This document shows positions 60,080-64,000 of a stretch of 64,000 bases of DNA, in pieces. Location: the NCBI GenBank assembly GCA_964423405.1, contig CAYREY010000005.1:64494-128493 (forward strand). Direction: 5' to 3'. Each line of letters begins with the position of its first letter. Position 1 is the stretch's first letter. The DNA comes from an uncultured Chitinophaga sp. Lineage in GTDB: Bacteria > Bacteroidota > Bacteroidia > Chitinophagales > LD1. The position numbers and the translations under genes are program-made. The notes beneath the pieces are model-generated. The model made no database searches, had not been told where the DNA came from, and worked only from the letters and a program-made list of their open reading frames with translations.

Positions 60080-60640
60080 TGCTCTAATTAAAATATAATT
60101 TTTCACAAACAGAGATAGCACAGCAATTATAAATAGCTGTATTACAACTGTTTGCAGTTAATTTTTGAGTATGTAATAAAAAGTTAAAATCTTTCATTCT
60201 ACTTTTCTAATCAGATATTAAAAATACATTTGGTGGGGACAAGTGTTTTTAATTCAGCGCGCAAAAATACTTTTTTATGTGACATATAACAGTTTATGCC
60301 TTGTAAACGTGTTAAATTTATTTTAACTTTTTAAGGTCTATAAAGGTACAGCCTTTACCTTAAAAAACGAATTTTTCCGCAATTTTCTCCAATATCAGCC
60401 GTTTCAATAAGATAATCAGTGAAATCGATTGTCGGCTAAAGCAATTTCACCGAAATTCTACCTTAGTTTAAAGGTAAAACCGGACAGTTTATACCCTAAA
60501 ATCGCAGTGTGTATTTTGGTAACTGCCTGCCGGCGGCTGCATAATATAATGTACAAGTTGAAAAAAGGCAATATATCAACAGCATAAAACTTGGCATTGT
60601 TAAAAATAAGTGTATCTTACACTACTAAATAATACCTGCC

Positions 60641-61018
60641 ATGGGAAGACCACCAACCAAACCGAAACGTTTTAAAGACGGATTTTATATTGAAGTACGC
60701 AACAAAGGTGCCGGCGTAGGCATGAAAATACATTTTGAAACCCTGCGCGAAATGGAAGCTGCAGCAGCCATGTACGGCAATGGTAAAGAAGTAATAATAC
60801 TGGGCGAGCACCGGAAAGACCGTTGGCTGAACGAAGCCCCGGAAAATAAACCAGCCGCACGCGTTCCAAAAGTTAAGCCTGAAGCTAAAACTGCACCTGT
60901 TGCTACTAAGGATAAACCTGCTAAAAAGGCGACTTCGAAAACAGAAAGCAAGAAAGTTGTAAACAAAAAAGCAGCTAAGCCAGAAGCTAAAGCTAAAAAA
61001 CCGGCTAAGAAAAAATAA
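60641..61018 (+). CDS. Small basic protein with a histone H1-like Lys/Ala/Pro-rich tail
   Basis: The 125-aa product has an N-terminal ~65-aa globular part (MGRPPTKPKRFKDGFYIEVRNKG...VIILGEHRKDRWL). The tail is PAARVPKVKPEAKTAPVATKDKPAKKATSKTESKKVVNKKAAKPEAKAKKPAKKK. It starts at an ATG and is followed by its own terminator. Confidence 0.65.
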   Translation: MGRPPTKPKRFKDGFYIEVRNKGAGVGMKIHFETLREMEAAAAMYGNGKEVIILGEHRKDRWLNEAPENKPAARVPKVKPEAKTAPVATKDKPAKKATSKTESKKVVNKKAAKPEAKAKKPAKKK

Positions 61019-61043
61019 CCACAACGGTATTTTCTATTTTTGT

Positions 61044-61080
61044 AAAGTGGCTGCCCCATACAGGCAGCCACTTTATTTTA
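61044..61080 (+). terminator. Rho-independent terminator after the small basic protein gene
   Basis: A 12-bp stem aaagtggctgcc / ggcagccacttt has the loop ccataca and is followed by ATTTTA. Confidence 0.7.
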
Positions 61081-61097
61081 CAAACACACTACATTTT

Positions 61098-62690
61098 ATG
61101 GGACAACTCTCTAAATCGTACAAGCAAGAGAAAATTGAAGGCCAGTTCGATGCCATTGTGATTGGCTCGGGCATGGGTGGCATTGCCACGGCTGCCTTTA
61201 TGGCCAAAGAGGGCAAGAAAGTGCTGGTGCTGGAGCGCCACTACACGCCCGGTGGTTTTACGCACGTGTTTACCCGCAGTAAATACGAGTGGGATGTAGG
61301 TGTGCACTACGTAGGCGATGTACACCGCCCGCATACCGAGCTGCACAAAATGTTTAAGTATATATCGGAAGGGCGCATGCAGTGGGAAGAAATGGGCAGC
61401 CCGTATGATATTATGTTTTTTGGCGATGAGAAATACGAATTTCCGGCAGGTACCGACGAGTTTAAGGCCACTATGAAAGCGTATTTCCCCGGTGAGGAAA
61501 AAGCGATAGATGCTTATGTAGAACTGGTGTACAACACACAAAAAAAACAACGCCTGTTTTTTGCCGAAAAAATACTGCCCAACTTCTGGAGCTGGTTGCT
61601 TGGTAACCGTATGCGTAAAGCAGGGTTGGAAGGCAACAAAACCACGCTGGAAGTATTACAATCGCTAACCAGCAACAAAAAGCTGATAGCCGTGCTAACC
61701 GGTCAATACGGCGACTATGGTTTACCACCGGCACAAAGCAGCTTTTTAATGCACGCTGCATTAATTAAACACTACATGAAAGGTGCCTGCTACCCTATTG
61801 GCGGGGCACAGCAAATTTACCAATCGGTAGCGCCTACTATACTGAATGCCGGTGGCCAGGTATTTACCAATGCTGAGGTTAAAGAAGTGATTATAAAAAA
61901 CAACAAAGCCGTTGGTGTAAAAATGTACGATGGCAAAGAGTTTTTTGCACCGGTTGTAATAAGCGATGCCGGTATATATAACACGTACCGTAACCTGCTG
62001 CCCGAAACCAGTAAGAAAGAACTTAACACCGAAAAGCATTTTGATAAGCTGGCACCATCGGTAGGGCATGTATGTTTGTACATAGGTATAAACGAAAGCA
62101 ACGAAAAACTTAAACTGGGCAAGGCTAACTACTGGGTATTTCCGGATAACTACGACCACGATAAAAACGTAGCAGATTACATCAACAACCCCGATGCAGA
62201 ACTACCGGTGGTATATATATCTTTCCCATCATCTAAAGATCCGGATTGGGAGAACCGCTTACCCGGCAAAACAACGATAGAGATTGTTACCCTATCGCCC
62301 TACAAGTGGTACGAGCAATGGAAAGATAAACGCTGGATGAAACGTGGCGACGATTACAAAGCGTTTAAAGAAAAACTATCGCAACGCCTGTTAGAGGCAT
62401 TATATAAACGCCACCCCGAACTGCGTGGCAAAATAGACTACTACGAACTTTCTACACCGCTTAGCACTGCACACTTTGCCAACTACGAGTACGGCGAGAT
62501 ATATGGTATAGACCACACTGTTGAACGCTTTGAACAGAAATTTTTAAAAGCCCGCACACCGGTTAAAAACCTGTACCTTACCGGACAGGATATTGTAAGC
62601 TGTGGTGTAGGTGGCGCGCTGTTTAGCGGTTTAATAACAGCATCGGCCGTTACAGGTAAAAACTTATTGAATAGGTTGAAAGAGGTGTAA
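61098..62690 (+). CDS. FAD/NAD(P)-dependent oxidoreductase, phytoene desaturase (CrtI)/RetSat-like family
   Basis: ATG 61098 gives MGQLSKSYK. The dinucleotide-binding fold is DAIVIGSGMGGIATAAFMAKEGKKVLVLERHYTPGG. The C-terminal block LYLTGQDIVSCGVGGAL is typical of the family. Confidence 0.75.
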   Translation: MGQLSKSYKQEKIEGQFDAIVIGSGMGGIATAAFMAKEGKKVLVLERHYTPGGFTHVFTRSKYEWDVGVHYVGDVHRPHTELHKMFKYISEGRMQWEEMGSPYDIMFFGDEKYEFPAGTDEFKATMKAYFPGEEKAIDAYVELVYNTQKKQRLFFAEKILPNFWSWLLGNRMRKAGLEGNKTTLEVLQSLTSNKKLIAVLTGQYGDYGLPPAQSSFLMHAALIKHYMKGACYPIGGAQQIYQSVAPTILNAGGQVFTNAEVKEVIIKNNKAVGVKMYDGKEFFAPVVISDAGIYNTYRNLLPETSKKELNTEKHFDKLAPSVGHVCLYIGINESNEKLKLGKANYWVFPDNYDHDKNVADYINNPDAELPVVYISFPSSKDPDWENRLPGKTTIEIVTLSPYKWYEQWKDKRWMKRGDDYKAFKEKLSQRLLEALYKRHPELRGKIDYYELSTPLSTAHFANYEYGEIYGIDHTVERFEQKFLKARTPVKNLYLTGQDIVSCGVGGALFSGLITASAVTGKNLLNRLKEV

Positions 62691-62716
62691 CAACAAACAC
62701 AACAACCCTTTATAAT

Positions 62717-62750
62717 AAGCCCTGTATTGGTATACAGGGCTTATTTATTT
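62717..62750 (+). terminator. Rho-independent terminator after the oxidoreductase gene
   Basis: A 10-bp stem aagccctgta / tacagggctt (62717..62726, 62733..62742) has the loop ttggta and is followed by ATTTATTT. Confidence 0.65.
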
Positions 62751-62793
62751 ATAGTTATGCTTTATTATTATTTTGCCGTTATAAACAGGCAAC

Positions 62794-63180
62794 ATGAGCA
62801 GCGCAGACAACTACAGCACCTTTTGCAAAGCATGGCTGGATAGCTGGACCGGTAACAAGCCGGATGAGTTACTTAAATTTTACCATGCCGATGCCAGCTA
62901 CGCCGACCCTGCCAAACGCAATGGCATTAAAGGCCACGCACAGCTACTCTCCTACTTTAAAAAACTACTGCAACTAAACCCCGAATGGAAATGGGAGGCA
63001 GTTGAGATAATACCTACCGCTAAAGGGTTTACACTAAAGTGGAAAGCAACTATACCGGTACCCGGTGGCACCATAGAGGAAACCGGCCTTGATATAGTAG
63101 AAACAGAAAACAACCTGATAACACGCAACGAAGTTTTCTTCGACCGGTTGAACTGGATACAGGCTTTACAAACAAATTAA
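62794..63180 (+). CDS. SnoaL-like / NTF2-fold protein
   Basis: The 128-aa product reads FCKAWLDSWTGNKPDELLKFYHADASYADP...GLDIVETENNLITRNEVFFD, typical of the small alpha+beta barrel SnoaL-like family. Confidence 0.55.
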   Translation: MSSADNYSTFCKAWLDSWTGNKPDELLKFYHADASYADPAKRNGIKGHAQLLSYFKKLLQLNPEWKWEAVEIIPTAKGFTLKWKATIPVPGGTIEETGLDIVETENNLITRNEVFFDRLNWIQALQTN

Positions 63181-63190
63181 ATTATTTACC

Positions 63191-64000
63191 ATGCATTTTG
63201 ATCACTCGCCAAAAGCAAAAGAAATGATGGAGCGCCTGCAGCGCTTTATGGATACACATGTTTTTCCGTTAGAAAATGAATACCTGGCTGTGCCCCACCA
63301 CGGCAACCCCGACTGGAAAAGCTGGGAGCTTGACCCACGTGTAGAAGCATTAAAAGAAAAGGCAAAGGCCGAAGGTTTGTGGAATTTGTTTTTGCCCGAT
63401 ATAAGCGGGCTAAGCAACCTGGAGTATGCGCCACTGGCTGAGATAACAGGGCAATCGTTACTGGCACCAGAAATATTTAACTGCAATGCACCCGATACCG
63501 GTAATATGGAGGTGCTGTGGAAGTATGGTAGTACCGAACAAAAAGAGCGATGGCTTACACCGTTACTGGAAGGTAAAATACGCTCGGCATTTTGTATGAC
63601 CGAACCGGATGTTGCCAGCAGCGATGCCACCAACATGCAGGCCACTATAACCGTAGATGGTGATGATGTAATACTTAACGGCACCAAATGGTGGAGCACC
63701 GGTATAGGCCACCCCAATTGCAAAGTGGCCATCTTCATGGGTTTATCGGATGCTACAGCGCATAAATACTTACAGCATAGTATGGTACTGGTACCGTTAG
63801 ATACCACCGGTGTAACTATTGAGCGTATGCTGCCGGTGTACGGCGGCTACGACCCGCCTTATGGCCACGGCGAAGTATCGTTTAAAAACGTGCGCCTACC
63901 TAAAAGCGCTGTAATAGCCGGCATTGGTAAAGGCTTTGAAATTGCACAGGGCCGATTGGGTCCCGGCCGCATACACCACTGTATGCGCCAGATAGGCGTA
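63191..64000 (+). CDS. Acyl-CoA dehydrogenase family protein (FadE2/ACAD10-like), 3' end cut by the window edge
   Basis: This CDS is absent from the ORF track because there is no stop codon in the window. ATG 63191 opens a reading frame of 270 codons that runs to the window end. It reads MHFDHSPKAKEMMERLQRFMDTHVFPLENEY...FCMTEPDVASSDATNM...NGTKWWSTG...GPGRIHHCMR. Confidence 0.85.
   Translation, partial: MHFDHSPKAKEMMERLQRFMDTHVFPLENEYLAVPHHGNPDWKSWELDPRVEALKEKAKAEGLWNLFLPDISGLSNLEYAPLAEITGQSLLAPEIFNCNAPDTGNMEVLWKYGSTEQKERWLTPLLEGKIRSAFCMTEPDVASSDATNMQATITVDGDDVILNGTKWWSTGIGHPNCKVAIFMGLSDATAHKYLQHSMVLVPLDTTGVTIERMLPVYGGYDPPYGHGEVSFKNVRLPKSAVIAGIGKGFEIAQGRLGPGRIHHCMRQIGV

Noticed and set aside
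60225-60269. There are matches to the Bacteroidetes -7 promoter element TAnnTTTG: tacatttg on the plus strand at 60225..60232, and tatttttg on the minus strand at 60269..60262.
   Set aside because: I did not call them as promoter features. Single 8-mer matches in a 0.6 kb AT-rich region are expected by chance, and I could not find convincing -33 TTG partners. The minus-strand match is mentioned only as a hypothesis in the leader finding.
60617-61071. Two minus-strand ORFs (135 and 128 aa) overlap the small basic protein gene.
   Set aside because: They are antisense translations of the Lys/Ala-rich tail, giving F/L/S-rich low complexity. The plus-strand ORF has an ATG start, a coherent two-part architecture and its own terminator.
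63202-63807. A 201-aa minus-strand ORF lies near the right edge.
   Set aside because: It is antisense to an open plus-strand frame with clear acyl-CoA dehydrogenase motifs. That frame is missing from the track only because it has no stop codon in the window.
1-64000. I searched for mobile-element, defence-system or diversity-generating signatures (transposase, integrase, reverse transcriptase, restriction or toxin genes, template/variable repeat pairs) that might explain the repeat-rich cargo genes.
   Set aside because: No ORF has recognisable motifs of these families. The repeats are in-frame domain arrays whose differences are spread over all codon positions rather than adenine-specific. 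No tRNA or attachment-like boundary is visible.

Overview
This 64 kb window looks like a Bacteroidota chromosome segment (Sphingobacteriia/Chitinophagia-like). The evidence is T9SS type A and type B C-terminal sorting domains, a PorP/SprF gene, a PorE-like gene and a PafA-type phosphatase. I called about 34 CDS, two of them cut by the window edges and absent from the ORF track.

Layout from left to right:
(1) A tightly packed six-gene minus-strand operon at 575-6489: HlyD adaptor, Asp-nucleophile alpha/beta hydrolase, FtsX/MacB permease, ABC ATPase, LytS-type kinase and LytTR regulator.
(2) A 0.5 kb intergenic cluster of GC-rich palindromic repeats at 6585-7069, with a related motif at the permease/ATPase junction.
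(3) A divergent phosphatase pair: a T9SS-secreted PhoD and a PafA-like enzyme.
(4) Two tandem T9SS type B cargo genes of 1426 and 1573 aa, whose last 168 aa are about 80 percent identical.
(5) Housekeeping genes: dedA, aroE, rmuC, proline dehydrogenase, ruvB and OmpA-family proteins.
(6) The dominant feature, a 23.7 kb gene at 36255-59981 (7,908 aa, 37 percent of the window). It encodes a SprB-like T9SS type B adhesin and is followed in the same direction by PorP/SprF and a PorE-like TPR/beta-propeller/CRD/OmpA protein.
(7) A 0.6 kb AT-rich control region, a divergent small histone-H1-like basic protein, a CrtI/RetSat-like oxidoreductase, a SnoaL-like protein and a truncated acyl-CoA dehydrogenase.

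I found no rRNA, tRNA, CRISPR array, transposase or integrase.

The most interesting signals are:
- the cargo-dedicated T9SS module;
- the hierarchical repeat structure of the giant ORF: a period-3 supermodule across 23 PKD-like domains, a 636-nt two-domain cassette repeated five times, and an alternating X-Y series that gives way to a Y-only array;
- the transporter/two-component operon with an embedded hydrolase;
- the unclassified repeat family.

All family assignments rest on motif recognition by eye and need HMM or BLAST confirmation.
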